Positions 46,175-55,785 of a stretch of DNA of 64,000 bases are shown here, piece by piece. A program made the position numbers and the translations under genes. The stretch's first letter is position 1. Each line of letters begins with the position of its first letter. This DNA comes from an uncultured Flammeovirgaceae bacterium (lineage in GTDB: Bacteria; Bacteroidota; Bacteroidia; Cytophagales; MED-G16), in NCBI GenBank assembly GCA_913052485.1, contig CAJXDN010000003.1, positions 4,602-68,601 on the forward strand, written 5' to 3'. The notes beneath the pieces were generated by a model that was not told the origin of the DNA, did no database searches, and saw only the letters and a list, made by a program, of their open reading frames with translations.

Positions 46175-47245
46175 TTATTTAAATTTATTATCTGTAATTT
46201 TTTGTGCAATATTTTTACATATTTTCTCAAATATTTTTGATGAATTTGTTTCTTTCAGCACAACAGGATACCCATTATCAGAACTCTGAGATATTACCTT
46301 ATCAATAGGTATATCTCCAAGAAGTTCTAACTCATGTTTTTTTGCTAATTCTTCACCTCCATTCTCACCAAATATGTAATGTCTATTTTTATCCTCTGAG
46401 ATGAAATACGACATATTCTGAATTATTCCTATAATTGGAACCTTGGTATTGTCTTTTTTAAACATGGCAACTGCTTTTTCTGCATCTATTGTTGAAATCT
46501 TTTGAGGAGTAGTAACTATAATGCTTCCATTTATTTCGAAGTTTTGAGATAAGGTGATATGAATATCACTTGTTCCTGGAGGAAGATCTACAATTAAAAA
46601 ATCTAATTTACCCCATTCTACGTCTAATAACATTTGTTTGAGTGCCGAGCTCGCCATAGGACCTCTCCAAATAACTGCATTCTGTTTTGGAATTAGTAAG
46701 CCAATGGATAAAAGTTTTATTCCGTACTGTTCAATGGGGATAATTATATTTTTTTCGTTTTCTTTCTTAAAAGATAGTTGTTCATTTTCACAGTTAAACA
46801 TTGTAGGAATGGATGGTCCAAAAATATCTGCGTCAATTAATCCAACTTTGAAACCAAGTTTGCTTAGACCTACTGCTACATTTGATGATATAGTAGATTT
46901 TCCTACACCCCCCTTACCAGAAGTAACCGCAATAATATTTTTTATATTATCTACTCTTAATTTTGTATTTTTATGATTTAAATCATCATCTATCTCTAAA
47001 TCATTATTTATTGAAAAATCAATAAAATATTTAAGGTCATTTTTTAGTTTTTTTAATTGAGTATTACAGTTTCTTCTTATAACTTCTTTTAATTTAAATG
47101 ATGAGGGGGAAGTATGGATTTCAATTGTTACTAATTTTTTTGATATTTTGATTTGTTTGATTGCTTTTAAACTCACCAAATTTTTTTTCTCAATTGGATC
47201 GGAAACTTTTGAAAGGGCTTTAAGTATTTGGCTCTCATTTATCAT
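46175..47245 (-). CDS. mrp: Mrp/NBP35 (ApbC) family ATP-binding Fe-S cluster carrier
   Basis: DUF59-like N-terminus, deviant Walker A SGKGGVGKST and DLPPGTSD. Confidence 0.9.
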   Translation of the reverse strand: MINESQILKALSKVSDPIEKKNLVSLKAIKQIKISKKLVTIEIHTSPSSFKLKEVIRRNCNTQLKKLKNDLKYFIDFSINNDLEIDDDLNHKNTKLRVDNIKNIIAVTSGKGGVGKSTISSNVAVGLSKLGFKVGLIDADIFGPSIPTMFNCENEQLSFKKENEKNIIIPIEQYGIKLLSIGLLIPKQNAVIWRGPMASSALKQMLLDVEWGKLDFLIVDLPPGTSDIHITLSQNFEINGSIIVTTPQKISTIDAEKAVAMFKKDNTKVPIIGIIQNMSYFISEDKNRHYIFGENGGEELAKKHELELLGDIPIDKVISQSSDNGYPVVLKETNSSKIFEKICKNIAQKITDNKFK

Positions 47246-47307
47246 ATTCGCAATTTATATTTAATTAAAAAATTAAAAAAATAATAAATTGATGATATTT
47301 GTAAAAT

Positions 47308-49200
47308 ATGATTGAAGAAAGTGTAATAAGAGAGGTAAAAGAAAGGCTAGACATTGTTGAAGTGATTGGTGATTTCGTTTCCTTGAAAAGGTCTGGTTCT
47401 AGTTATAAGGCTTTGAGTCCATTCACAAATGAAAAAACCCCCTCATTTTTTGTATCGCCTTCAAAACAAATTTTTAAATGTTTTAGTACAGGTAAAGGTG
47501 GTGATGCTATTGAATTTCTAAAAGAAGTTGAAGGTATGACCTATATCGATGCTATAAAGTATTTGGGCGAAAAGTATGGCGTTGAAATTAATGAAAGTAC
47601 TTCAGGTTACGAACAAAACAATGATAAGGAAAGTCTCCTTATACTCATTAATAAATCAAAAGATTTCTTTATAGAAAATCTTAAAACTGATGAGGGAAAA
47701 AATATTGCATTAACATACTTCAACCATAGGAATATCTCAGTTGATATGATTAAAAAATTTGAACTCGGTTACAGTATTGACAAGTGGGATTCGCTATATA
47801 AATTTTTAATTAAAAATCAGTTTTCGGATGATAATATTATTAAAGCTGGATTAATTCTTGAAAATAATAATAAAAAATATGACAGATTCAGAAATAGAGT
47901 AATTTTTCCAATACATAATTTGAGTGGAAAAACAATCGCATTTGGTGCAAGAATCCTTACCGAAGATAAAAAACAACCAAAATATATAAACTCCCCAGAA
48001 ACAAGTCTATATATTAAAAGTAATATTTTATATGGGCTTTATCAATCTAAATATGAAATTAGAAAATTGGATAACTGTTTTCTTGTTGAAGGCTATACTG
48101 ATGTGATTTCATTATTTCAGATTGGAATTGAAAATGTAGTTGCATCCTCAGGAACTTCTCTAACCACTAATCAAATTAAGTTAATTTCAAGGTATACGAA
48201 AAACATTACAATTCTTTTTGATGGAGACAAAGCTGGTGTTGCTGCATCATTAAGAGGGATGGATTTAATTCTTGAAAATGACATGAATGTTGAAATTGTA
48301 TCTTTTCCAGAAGGGGATGACCCAGACAGTTACTCAAAGAAAGTTGGAAAAGATAAATTTCAAGAATTTATTGATGGTAATAAGACAGATCTAATAACGT
48401 TTAAAGTTAATCTACTCCAGGAAAATGAAGATAACCCTGTTAAAAAGTCAGAGATGATATATGATATAGTTCGTTCAATATCAAAAATTCCAAATTCTAT
48501 TAAAAGATCCTTGTTTTTAAAAGAAGCAAGTAACTCTCTTGAAATTAATGAGCAAGCACTCATATCAGAGATGAATAAATTACTGTTAGGTCAAGGAAAT
48601 AAAACTGTAAGATCAAATCAAATAATTGTTAATAATGAAAAAGAATCTCCAAGGGAAGATTCTATTAATTCAGCAATTGATTTTTATGAGAGAGAATGTA
48701 TAAGAATGCTAGTAAATTATGGAACTTCTGACTTTGAAGTAATTGGACTTGATAGAAAAACTTTCATAGATTATTTTTTAAAAGAAATTCAAGATATTGA
48801 ATTTGAAAATAAAAATTATTTAAAAATAATTGAGGTATTTAAAAGTGAGTACAAAAAAGATAAGGTGATTGATATAAACTATTTTCTTTCTGGTGATTTT
48901 GTAGACATTAAAGATGATATAATTGATCTCTCTTCAAACAGATATGAGATAAGTAAGCAGTGGAAAAATAAATTTAATATACATGTCTCTGAGGAGTCAG
49001 ACTCTCTTAAAAAAACTACGTATACCAATATATTGAGGCTCAAGTTTAGATTAATTAGAAAAATGATTAAGGATAATTTACAGAATTTAGATAAATCTGA
49101 TAAACATAGTATAGATGAAGATGTAATTAAATTACATAACAAACTTAAGTCAGCAGAAGTAGATATAGCTAAAGAACTAGGAAACGTTACATCAGTATGA
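47308..49200 (+). CDS. dnaG: DNA primase
   Basis: Primase zinc-binding-domain region (LSPFTNEKTPSFFVSPSKQIFKCFSTGKGGDAIEFL) and TOPRIM motifs EGYTDV and DGDKAG. Confidence 0.95.
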   Translation: MIEESVIREVKERLDIVEVIGDFVSLKRSGSSYKALSPFTNEKTPSFFVSPSKQIFKCFSTGKGGDAIEFLKEVEGMTYIDAIKYLGEKYGVEINESTSGYEQNNDKESLLILINKSKDFFIENLKTDEGKNIALTYFNHRNISVDMIKKFELGYSIDKWDSLYKFLIKNQFSDDNIIKAGLILENNNKKYDRFRNRVIFPIHNLSGKTIAFGARILTEDKKQPKYINSPETSLYIKSNILYGLYQSKYEIRKLDNCFLVEGYTDVISLFQIGIENVVASSGTSLTTNQIKLISRYTKNITILFDGDKAGVAASLRGMDLILENDMNVEIVSFPEGDDPDSYSKKVGKDKFQEFIDGNKTDLITFKVNLLQENEDNPVKKSEMIYDIVRSISKIPNSIKRSLFLKEASNSLEINEQALISEMNKLLLGQGNKTVRSNQIIVNNEKESPREDSINSAIDFYERECIRMLVNYGTSDFEVIGLDRKTFIDYFLKEIQDIEFENKNYLKIIEVFKSEYKKDKVIDINYFLSGDFVDIKDDIIDLSSNRYEISKQWKNKFNIHVSEESDSLKKTTYTNILRLKFRLIRKMIKDNLQNLDKSDKHSIDEDVIKLHNKLKSAEVDIAKELGNVTSV

Positions 49201-50414
49201 GAAACAAGTTAAATACAATACCGGAGGCCATTCAGGCAATTAAAAATGGAGAAATTATAATTGTTGTTGATGATGAGAATAGAGAGAATGAGGGCGACTT
49301 TGTTTGTGCGTCTTCTGCCATAGACTCTGAAAAAATTAATTTTATGACAAAAGAGGGAAGAGGTTTGATATGTTGCTCTCTCGAATCTAGTAGATGTGAG
49401 GATTTAGATTTAGAACTAATGGTTGGAAAGAATACTGATATTTATGGCACATCTTTTACGGTATCTGTTGATTTGAAAGGAAATGGTGTTACCACTGGTA
49501 TATCAGCATCAGACCGAGCAAAAACAATTAAGGCATTAGTTGATGATAAAATTGACGCATCTAATTTTTCAAAACCGGGTCATATATTTCCGTTGAGAGC
49601 TATTGATGGTGGAGTGCTAAGAAGGGCAGGCCACACAGAAGCCTCGGTTGACCTTCCCAAGCTTGCCGGTCTATTTCCATCTGGTGTAATTTGTGAAATA
49701 TTAAATGATGATGGTACCATGGCAAGACTAGATAATTTATTTAAGGTTGCTGATAAGCATGGATTAGTTATTATTTCAATAAAAGATTTAATTAAATATA
49801 AACTTGACATAGAGTCATTAATAGAAGAGAAGGAGACGGTTGATTTACCTACTGAATATGGAAATTTTAAGCTTATTTCCTTTGAGCAGAAAGACACTAA
49901 AGATATTCATCTTGCAATAAAAAAGGGAGAATGGAAAGACGATGACGAGGTATTAGTTAGGGTACACTCTTCATGTGTTACCGGGGATATTTTAGGATCA
50001 CTTAGATGTGATTGTGGAACCCAACTCCAGAGGGCCTTAAGAATGATAGATGAAAAAGGTCAAGGTTTGGTGTTGTACATGAATCAGGAGGGTAGAGGAA
50101 TAGGTTTAATAAATAAGCTAAAGGCATATGTATTACAAGAGCAAGGCTATGATACTGTCGAGGCAAATCATAAACTTGGTTTTAAAATGGATCATCGAGA
50201 TTATGGAGTTGGTGCACAAATTCTCAAAAGTTTAGGAATTCAAAAGATAAACCTATTAAGTAATAACCCAAAGAAGAGAGTTGGTCTAATTGGATATGGA
50301 CTCAAAATAATAAAAAATACTAAAATAGAAATTGAACCAAATTCGTTTAATAGAAAGTATTTGGAAACTAAGAGAGATAAAATGGGTCATGATATATTAA
50401 AAGAAAAGAAATAA
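49197..50414 (+). CDS. ribBA: bifunctional 3,4-dihydroxy-2-butanone-4-phosphate synthase / GTP cyclohydrolase II
   Basis: DDENRENEGD, RAGHTEASVDL, and CxxGDxxGSLRCDCGxQ with NQEGRGIGL. Confidence 0.95.
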   Translation: MRNKLNTIPEAIQAIKNGEIIIVVDDENRENEGDFVCASSAIDSEKINFMTKEGRGLICCSLESSRCEDLDLELMVGKNTDIYGTSFTVSVDLKGNGVTTGISASDRAKTIKALVDDKIDASNFSKPGHIFPLRAIDGGVLRRAGHTEASVDLPKLAGLFPSGVICEILNDDGTMARLDNLFKVADKHGLVIISIKDLIKYKLDIESLIEEKETVDLPTEYGNFKLISFEQKDTKDIHLAIKKGEWKDDDEVLVRVHSSCVTGDILGSLRCDCGTQLQRALRMIDEKGQGLVLYMNQEGRGIGLINKLKAYVLQEQGYDTVEANHKLGFKMDHRDYGVGAQILKSLGIQKINLLSNNPKKRVGLIGYGLKIIKNTKIEIEPNSFNRKYLETKRDKMGHDILKEKK

Positions 50415-51040
50415 TGAGACTTATATTTTTTATTTCATTTTTAACATATTATCCTCTCATTGCTCAAAAATTTCCCAGCGATATATGGCACAAGGGAGAG
50501 TTGGTCACAAATGATGGCGACACGATAAAAGGTAATTTAAAGTATGATTTTGAGTCACAGTCAATTCAGCTTGATGACGGTAAAACACTAAAAGCCTTTA
50601 ACGTTAACAATCTTTTTTTCTTTGAGATATACGACGAGACTATTAGAGATTATAGACAGTTTTACTCATTAATGTATGAAGTTGGATTCGATTATCGAGT
50701 CCCAGTTTTATTTGAGATGATGATAGAAGGTAAGCTCAGTCTTTTACTTAGAGAAAGAATTGTGGCTGAATCCACACAATCTTATTTGCCATCCTACTAT
50801 GCATACGGGATAATGCCGGCTTTCACAAATAATTACGGATACATTAATAAGGTTAAATACGATTACTTCTTTTTGACTGATAATGGTAAAATCCATGAAT
50901 TCAAGGGTAAGAAAAAAGAAATTTATAATTTGATGGATGATAAATTTAGTGAGATGAAAGAATACATTTCAAAGAATAGAATTAATTTAAAGAAAATGAG
51001 TGATCTTGCCAGGATAGTTAATTATTATAATAGAATTTAA
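50414..51040 (+). CDS. hypothetical secreted protein
   Basis: 208-aa ORF with a signal peptide, start overlapping the ribBA stop (TAATG), and immediately abutting surE. Confidence 0.5.
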   Translation: MRLIFFISFLTYYPLIAQKFPSDIWHKGELVTNDGDTIKGNLKYDFESQSIQLDDGKTLKAFNVNNLFFFEIYDETIRDYRQFYSLMYEVGFDYRVPVLFEMMIEGKLSLLLRERIVAESTQSYLPSYYAYGIMPAFTNNYGYINKVKYDYFFLTDNGKIHEFKGKKKEIYNLMDDKFSEMKEYISKNRINLKKMSDLARIVNYYNRI

Positions 51041-51811
51041 ATGAAAAAACCCCTCATATTAGTAACTAACGATGACGGTATTGACTCCAAGGGGATAAGA
51101 CTACTTGTTTCCATTATGTCAGAATTTGGAGAAGTTGTTGTTGTAGCACCAGACAGCCCTCAGTCAGGTATGGGCCATGCAATTACAGTTGGAGATAAAT
51201 TACGTTTAGTGAAGTCGGATTTATTTGGTGATATTGAATCCTACAAGTGTAGTGGAACACCTGCAGACTGTGTTAAAATTGCAAAACATCATATACTTAA
51301 GAATAGAACTATAGATTTAATTACTAGTGGAATAAATCATGGGAGTAACTCATCAATCAGTGTTCTTTATTCAGGTACTATGTCTGCAGCAATTGAGGGT
51401 GCTATAGAAAATACACCTTCAATAGGTTTTTCTTTATGTGATTTTGATCCTAATGCTTACCTCGATCACTCTAGAGAATTTATCAAAGAAATTGTTCAAA
51501 ATGCCTTTGATAATGGAATGCCAGAATCAATTGCTTTAAATGTCAATATACCTGCTATTTCAGGTGAAAAAATCAAGGGAATTAAAGTCTGCAGGCAGGC
51601 AAATGCTATATGGGAAGAAACATTTGATAAACGTCATGATCCCTACGGGAGAGAGTATTATTGGATGGTTGGTAATTTTGTTAATCATGATAAGGGAAAA
51701 GATAATGATGAGTGGGCAATAAAAAATAATTATGTTTCAGTTGTACCTTGCAAATTCAATTTAAGCTCGAACAAAGGGATTAATTATTTACAAAATAAAT
51801 GGAAAATTTAA
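51041..51811 (+). CDS. surE: 5'/3'-nucleotidase SurE
   Basis: ILVTNDDGIDSKGI, GINHGSN and YSGTMSAA. Confidence 0.95.
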   Translation: MKKPLILVTNDDGIDSKGIRLLVSIMSEFGEVVVVAPDSPQSGMGHAITVGDKLRLVKSDLFGDIESYKCSGTPADCVKIAKHHILKNRTIDLITSGINHGSNSSISVLYSGTMSAAIEGAIENTPSIGFSLCDFDPNAYLDHSREFIKEIVQNAFDNGMPESIALNVNIPAISGEKIKGIKVCRQANAIWEETFDKRHDPYGREYYWMVGNFVNHDKGKDNDEWAIKNNYVSVVPCKFNLSSNKGINYLQNKWKI

Positions 51812-53523
51812 GGGTCTACATCTATTGTAATTAAATTATTATTGAACTCTTTTCTCTTATTAATTTTCTTAATTTCCTCAAAGATCATTTTTTTATTTTT
51901 TGATAAGTTCTTAACTCTATCAAGTTTCAGATAAATTTTATATATATAACTATTGTTTCTATTGACAAGACCAACGTCAGTTGAAACACAAAAATTTAAT
52001 TTTTTACTTAATTCCTCGTATAAATTTTTTCCTTTATTTTCAAAGTTTTCTTTATTATTTGAGTGCATCTCTAATGAGATTAATCTTTTATAGGGTGAAT
52101 AGCCAAAAATCTTTCTTTCCTCCATCTCTTTAGAAATTATATGATAATAATCTTTTCTAATATTATCTCTTAATTTTTCAGAATTTGAATTCATTAATTG
52201 TAGTATTAATTTCTTATCCTTATCATAATTCACCTTCTTTATTACTTTAAAGATTAATTGAAAATATATTTCATTTGACTTGTAATTTGCTACTGACGAA
52301 ATCTTATCTGGATCAATTAGAATAAGAAGATTATATTTATATGATTCTAGACTATCAATCACTGAGTAATTTCCTATTATCAAGTCATAATGGTTTATTT
52401 GATCATAAAATTCATCAAGCTGATTTCTTGAAATATTATTGTGTTTAGATAAAGAAAATATTTTCAGTTTTTTGTTAAGATCATCCAAATTATTTTTAAT
52501 TCTATCTACATCATTTGAGTAGGGTGTAAAAATTATTGTTTTATTCTTTTCATTAAAATTTTTAATAATTTTTTCTAATATTTCATTAGAAATAATTCCA
52601 TCTAATTCTTTTTTAATTTTTTTTTCAAGCTTATTGTAGATTGTAATTTTATTTAAATCTGTACTCAATTTTAGTTTTTTAGATTTATCATAAAATTTAA
52701 ATCTTTTCATTTTAGTATTATACATAGATTCAATCGATGGAGAATCTGATATTAGATCTATATCGCATTTATGTAATTTTGATAAAAAAATAGCGCAATC
52801 TCTAGAATTATATCTCAAAACTCTGTCTGTCTCTTTGTATAAGAAGTTATGTTCATACATTACAAAAATTTTGTTAAGGTTTTGAAATGGTAAGAAAACG
52901 GCTGCCTTACTTCCTATTATAACTATTTCTTCATTCATTAGAATTTTTTCCCATATAGCTAACTTTTCTTTAGTAGATGTTTTGGCATCATATATATGAA
53001 TATTCTTAATTTTTTTTGATAAGGTCCTGTAACTGTATTGAGTTTGAAAGACATTTGGACTCAAAATTAAATTCTGATATTGAAGAGGCTTTATATCTTT
53101 AAAAATATTTTTAATTATATCTCTGGAATGATCTACTACTAAATTTATATTAGGGTTAAATTTCTTATTTACTGAAGGAATTTCAATAAATTCTTTGATT
53201 TTTAAATTCAAAATGTTCTTTGAAAAGATTGAATTAAATAATTTCGGGAGGCTAACTAAATAATATTCTGAAGCCCATAATAATAATTTAATTTGTTTGT
53301 AAGATAGTATTCCGTTGTAGCTTTCTATAGAAATTATTTTTTTATATGGAAATTTCTGTTTGGGCCTGTATTTTTTTGAAATCACAATACCCTTTATGAC
53401 TTCATTATTATTTCCAAATGGTATATTAACTACTGAACCTATTCTTGTTTTTATATCTGTTTTATAGGTAAATAGCCTATCTAATGGTATTAATACAATT
53501 ACGTCTACGCAGGAACCTTTCAT
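51808..53523 (-). CDS. priA: PriA-like primosomal protein N' homolog lacking ATPase/helicase motifs and the Cys-rich zinc region
   Basis: The N-terminal 3'-DNA-binding-domain pattern (VDVIVLIPLDRLFTYK...VNIPFGNNNEVIKGIVI), LLLWASEYY, IVIIGSKAAVFLPFQNLNKIFV and the C-terminal IDVDP all align with PriA. There is no GxGKT and no CxxC, DEEH is replaced by YEHN, and motif VI is lost. Length is 571 aa. Confidence 0.7.
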   Translation of the reverse strand: MKGSCVDVIVLIPLDRLFTYKTDIKTRIGSVVNIPFGNNNEVIKGIVISKKYRPKQKFPYKKIISIESYNGILSYKQIKLLLWASEYYLVSLPKLFNSIFSKNILNLKIKEFIEIPSVNKKFNPNINLVVDHSRDIIKNIFKDIKPLQYQNLILSPNVFQTQYSYRTLSKKIKNIHIYDAKTSTKEKLAIWEKILMNEEIVIIGSKAAVFLPFQNLNKIFVMYEHNFLYKETDRVLRYNSRDCAIFLSKLHKCDIDLISDSPSIESMYNTKMKRFKFYDKSKKLKLSTDLNKITIYNKLEKKIKKELDGIISNEILEKIIKNFNEKNKTIIFTPYSNDVDRIKNNLDDLNKKLKIFSLSKHNNISRNQLDEFYDQINHYDLIIGNYSVIDSLESYKYNLLILIDPDKISSVANYKSNEIYFQLIFKVIKKVNYDKDKKLILQLMNSNSEKLRDNIRKDYYHIISKEMEERKIFGYSPYKRLISLEMHSNNKENFENKGKNLYEELSKKLNFCVSTDVGLVNRNNSYIYKIYLKLDRVKNLSKNKKMIFEEIKKINKRKEFNNNLITIDVDP

Positions 53524-53637
53524 TATTTTTTGAAAGATTCAATTTAGTAAAGATTGAAAAGATTGAAAAAAGAAATTAATTATTTAGGATTTTTTTGTAT
53601 CCTTCTTACTATTTTAAGGTCGGCTCTCTTCACTTTT

Positions 53638-54195
53638 TTATTTGGAAGTGATATCCTGGTCCTTAGATTCCCCTGAATTTTTTACGTTCTTATTATCATC
53701 TTTGACAACATCTTCCTCCTTCTTTATTTTTTTACTTTTCTTTTTACTTGAAACATCCCCAGTCACATTTATTTTAATAGGGTGAGTAATATCTTTATGA
53801 ATTTTTAAATCTACATCATACTCGCCAACTGCATTAACTTTTGTTAGAATTGATATATTTTTCTTATTTATTTCAATTCCCTTTTCTGATAATAGTTTAG
53901 CAATTTGTGCAGTCGTTATTGATCCAAAAACTTTATCGTCTGAACCAGATTTGAGTTTAAAATCCAAAACTAGGTTACCTATTTTTTTTGAAAGTTTTTG
54001 AGCTTCTTTTAAGATTTCTTCTTGTTTTTTAACTGTCTGTTTTAAATTTTCCTCCAATACCTTAGAATTTGATTTATTTGCTAAAACACCTAGTCCCTGA
54101 GGTATAATATAATTCCTTCCGTAGCCATTTTTAACATTGACAACCTCATCTTTAAACCCTAAACCGGGTATATCTTTAATTAAAATAATCTCCAT
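53638..54195 (-). CDS. rplI: 50S ribosomal protein L9 with a Lys/Asp-rich C-terminal extension
   Basis: MEIILIKDIPGLGFKDEVVNVKNGYGRNYIIPQG. The extension is about 37 extra residues (SSKKKSKKIKKEEDVVKDDNKNVKNSGESKDQDITSK). Confidence 0.9.
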   Translation of the reverse strand: MEIILIKDIPGLGFKDEVVNVKNGYGRNYIIPQGLGVLANKSNSKVLEENLKQTVKKQEEILKEAQKLSKKIGNLVLDFKLKSGSDDKVFGSITTAQIAKLLSEKGIEINKKNISILTKVNAVGEYDVDLKIHKDITHPIKINVTGDVSSKKKSKKIKKEEDVVKDDNKNVKNSGESKDQDITSK

Positions 54196-54196
54196 A

Positions 54197-54463
54197 TTAA
54201 TTTGTATCAGCAGTATATGGTAGTAGTGCTAAATGTCTTGCTCTCTTTATAGCCTGAGTTACTTTTTTCTGGTATTTTGCACTGGTACCAGTAATTCTTC
54301 TAGGTAGAATCTTTCCTTGATCATTAATAAACTGTTTTAGAAATGAAGGATCTTTGTAATCAATGTATTTTATACCACTTTTTTTAAATCTACAAAATTT
54401 CTTTTGTTTACTGGTTCTGTCAATAGATTCATTTTGTAAGGCTGAATTAAATCGGTTTCTCAT
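54197..54463 (-). CDS. rpsR: 30S ribosomal protein S18
   Basis: [18 protein letters not shown]...[31 protein letters not shown]. Confidence 0.95.
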   Translation of the reverse strand: MRNRFNSALQNESIDRTSKQKKFCRFKKSGIKYIDYKDPSFLKQFINDQGKILPRRITGTSAKYQKKVTQAIKRARHLALLPYTADTN

Positions 54464-54816
54464 TTTTTTACTTTCTTCTTGTTAAACTCTCCATTAGCTC
54501 TTCTTAGATTATATTCTAAAGCATCTTTACATAATGACACAGTAATGTATCTTAGAATAGATCTATCTCTTTTCAACTCAGTTTCGAGGTTTCTTACGAA
54601 ATCAATTTTTTCAGTTTCGTACTGAAATAAATGAAAAAATCCAGAGTTTTTATTACTGATGGTGTATGATAATTCTTTAAATCCAAGAGACTCATCACAT
54701 ACAATCTTGATCTTGTTAGAGTCAAGTATTTTTTTATATTTTTTTACAGTATCCTCTACCTGTTTTTCAGATAGAACGGGATTTATAATGAATACTGTTT
54801 CATAATTTTTATTCAT
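54460..54816 (-). CDS. rpsF: 30S ribosomal protein S6
   Basis: [27 protein letters not shown]. Conserved rpsF-rpsR-rplI order. Confidence 0.9.
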   Translation of the reverse strand: MNKNYETVFIINPVLSEKQVEDTVKKYKKILDSNKIKIVCDESLGFKELSYTISNKNSGFFHLFQYETEKIDFVRNLETELKRDRSILRYITVSLCKDALEYNLRRANGEFNKKKVKK

Positions 54817-54837
54817 GTAAATTCCTTAATTGAGTTG

Positions 54838-54845
54838 CAAAGCTA
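54838..54845 (-). promoter_or_regulatory. -7 promoter motif (TAGCTTTG) for the rpsF-rpsR-rplI operon
   Basis: The minus-strand TAGCTTTG matches TAnnTTTG, 21 nt upstream of the rpsF ATG. Confidence 0.45.
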
Positions 54846-54868
54846 ATATTTTGTTGTGAAAAACATAG

Positions 54869-55747
54869 TTATTTTATTAAAAATTCTCCACTGCCAATTT
54901 CGTACTCATCAGTGAACAATTTAACCAAGTATGTCCCTTTATTAAATTCATCATTTATTAAGTATTCGACACTTAATTTTTTTTCAGATTTATCAATAAG
55001 TACTTCCTCTTTAATTGTAAAAAACATTTCTCTTTTTTCGAAAGTGAATGATCCAGAACCATTTGATATATCATAAATAACTTCACCACTTGGTTTTTCT
55101 AATATGATATATAAATCTTTAACTTCAATTTTTGCTAAATCATTTTCACCAAGCGTAAAATTAATATTAAGTTTTTCCAATGACCTATTCCTAAATTGGT
55201 TTCTTTTTTGAGATCCATTCCTAAAAATTCCAACAATCTCAATTTCTAATAGTTCAAGTCTGGAAGCAACTTCAATTTGTTCCTCTAATTTTTTATTAGA
55301 TTTATTAATATTTGATATTGTGCTATTAAGATTATTTATCTCAATTTTTTGTTCTTTATTTTCCTCAAATAATTGTTCATTGACCTCTCTCAATCTTTCA
55401 ATTTCCTCATCCTGAGCTAATAATAATTCCCTATATCCCTCTACTTTTCCTTGTAGCCTGTTGATTTGTGCATATGCTCTTGACCTGAATTCTCTCTTTT
55501 CTAATTCCAAATTTTCTTTCAAAATAAGTAGGGAGTCAATATCTCCTCCTAACTGGGATATTGTCAGAATTTTATCTCCAAGTACATTAGATATCGAATC
55601 AAGTTCCAGGTAGACATTGTCAAGTTCTTTTTCTTGTTGGATCCTTATCTTTTCAGATATATTATTTTTATATATTATGAACGCTAATCCACAAATAATT
55701 AATATTATTACTAACGTTAAAATTCTAATAATTTTATTTTCTTTCAT
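54869..55747 (-). CDS. hypothetical N-terminally anchored coiled-coil protein with C-terminal beta domain
   Basis: TM segment (ILTLVIILIICGLAFII), about 130 aa of heptad-like E/K/L/Q-rich sequence, then a beta-rich C-terminus. Confidence 0.5.
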   Translation of the reverse strand: MKENKIIRILTLVIILIICGLAFIIYKNNISEKIRIQQEKELDNVYLELDSISNVLGDKILTISQLGGDIDSLLILKENLELEKREFRSRAYAQINRLQGKVEGYRELLLAQDEEIERLREVNEQLFEENKEQKIEINNLNSTISNINKSNKKLEEQIEVASRLELLEIEIVGIFRNGSQKRNQFRNRSLEKLNINFTLGENDLAKIEVKDLYIILEKPSGEVIYDISNGSGSFTFEKREMFFTIKEEVLIDKSEKKLSVEYLINDEFNKGTYLVKLFTDEYEIGSGEFLIK

Positions 55748-55785
55748 TTAGTATATATATAATTTTCAAAATTAATTAATAACCA

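Noticed and set aside
49100-49200. FMN riboswitch expected upstream of ribBA.
   Set aside because: The ribBA start overlaps the dnaG stop, so the upstream sequence is dnaG coding DNA, and I could see no conserved FMN-aptamer core. This cannot be fully excluded without a covariance-model scan.
53532-53571. Short tandem AAGATTGAAA-type repeats upstream of the priA-like gene, considered as a possible mini CRISPR or iteron array.
   Set aside because: There are only 2-3 units of about 10 nt with no spacers and no cas genes. This is consistent with chance repetition in AT-rich promoter DNA.
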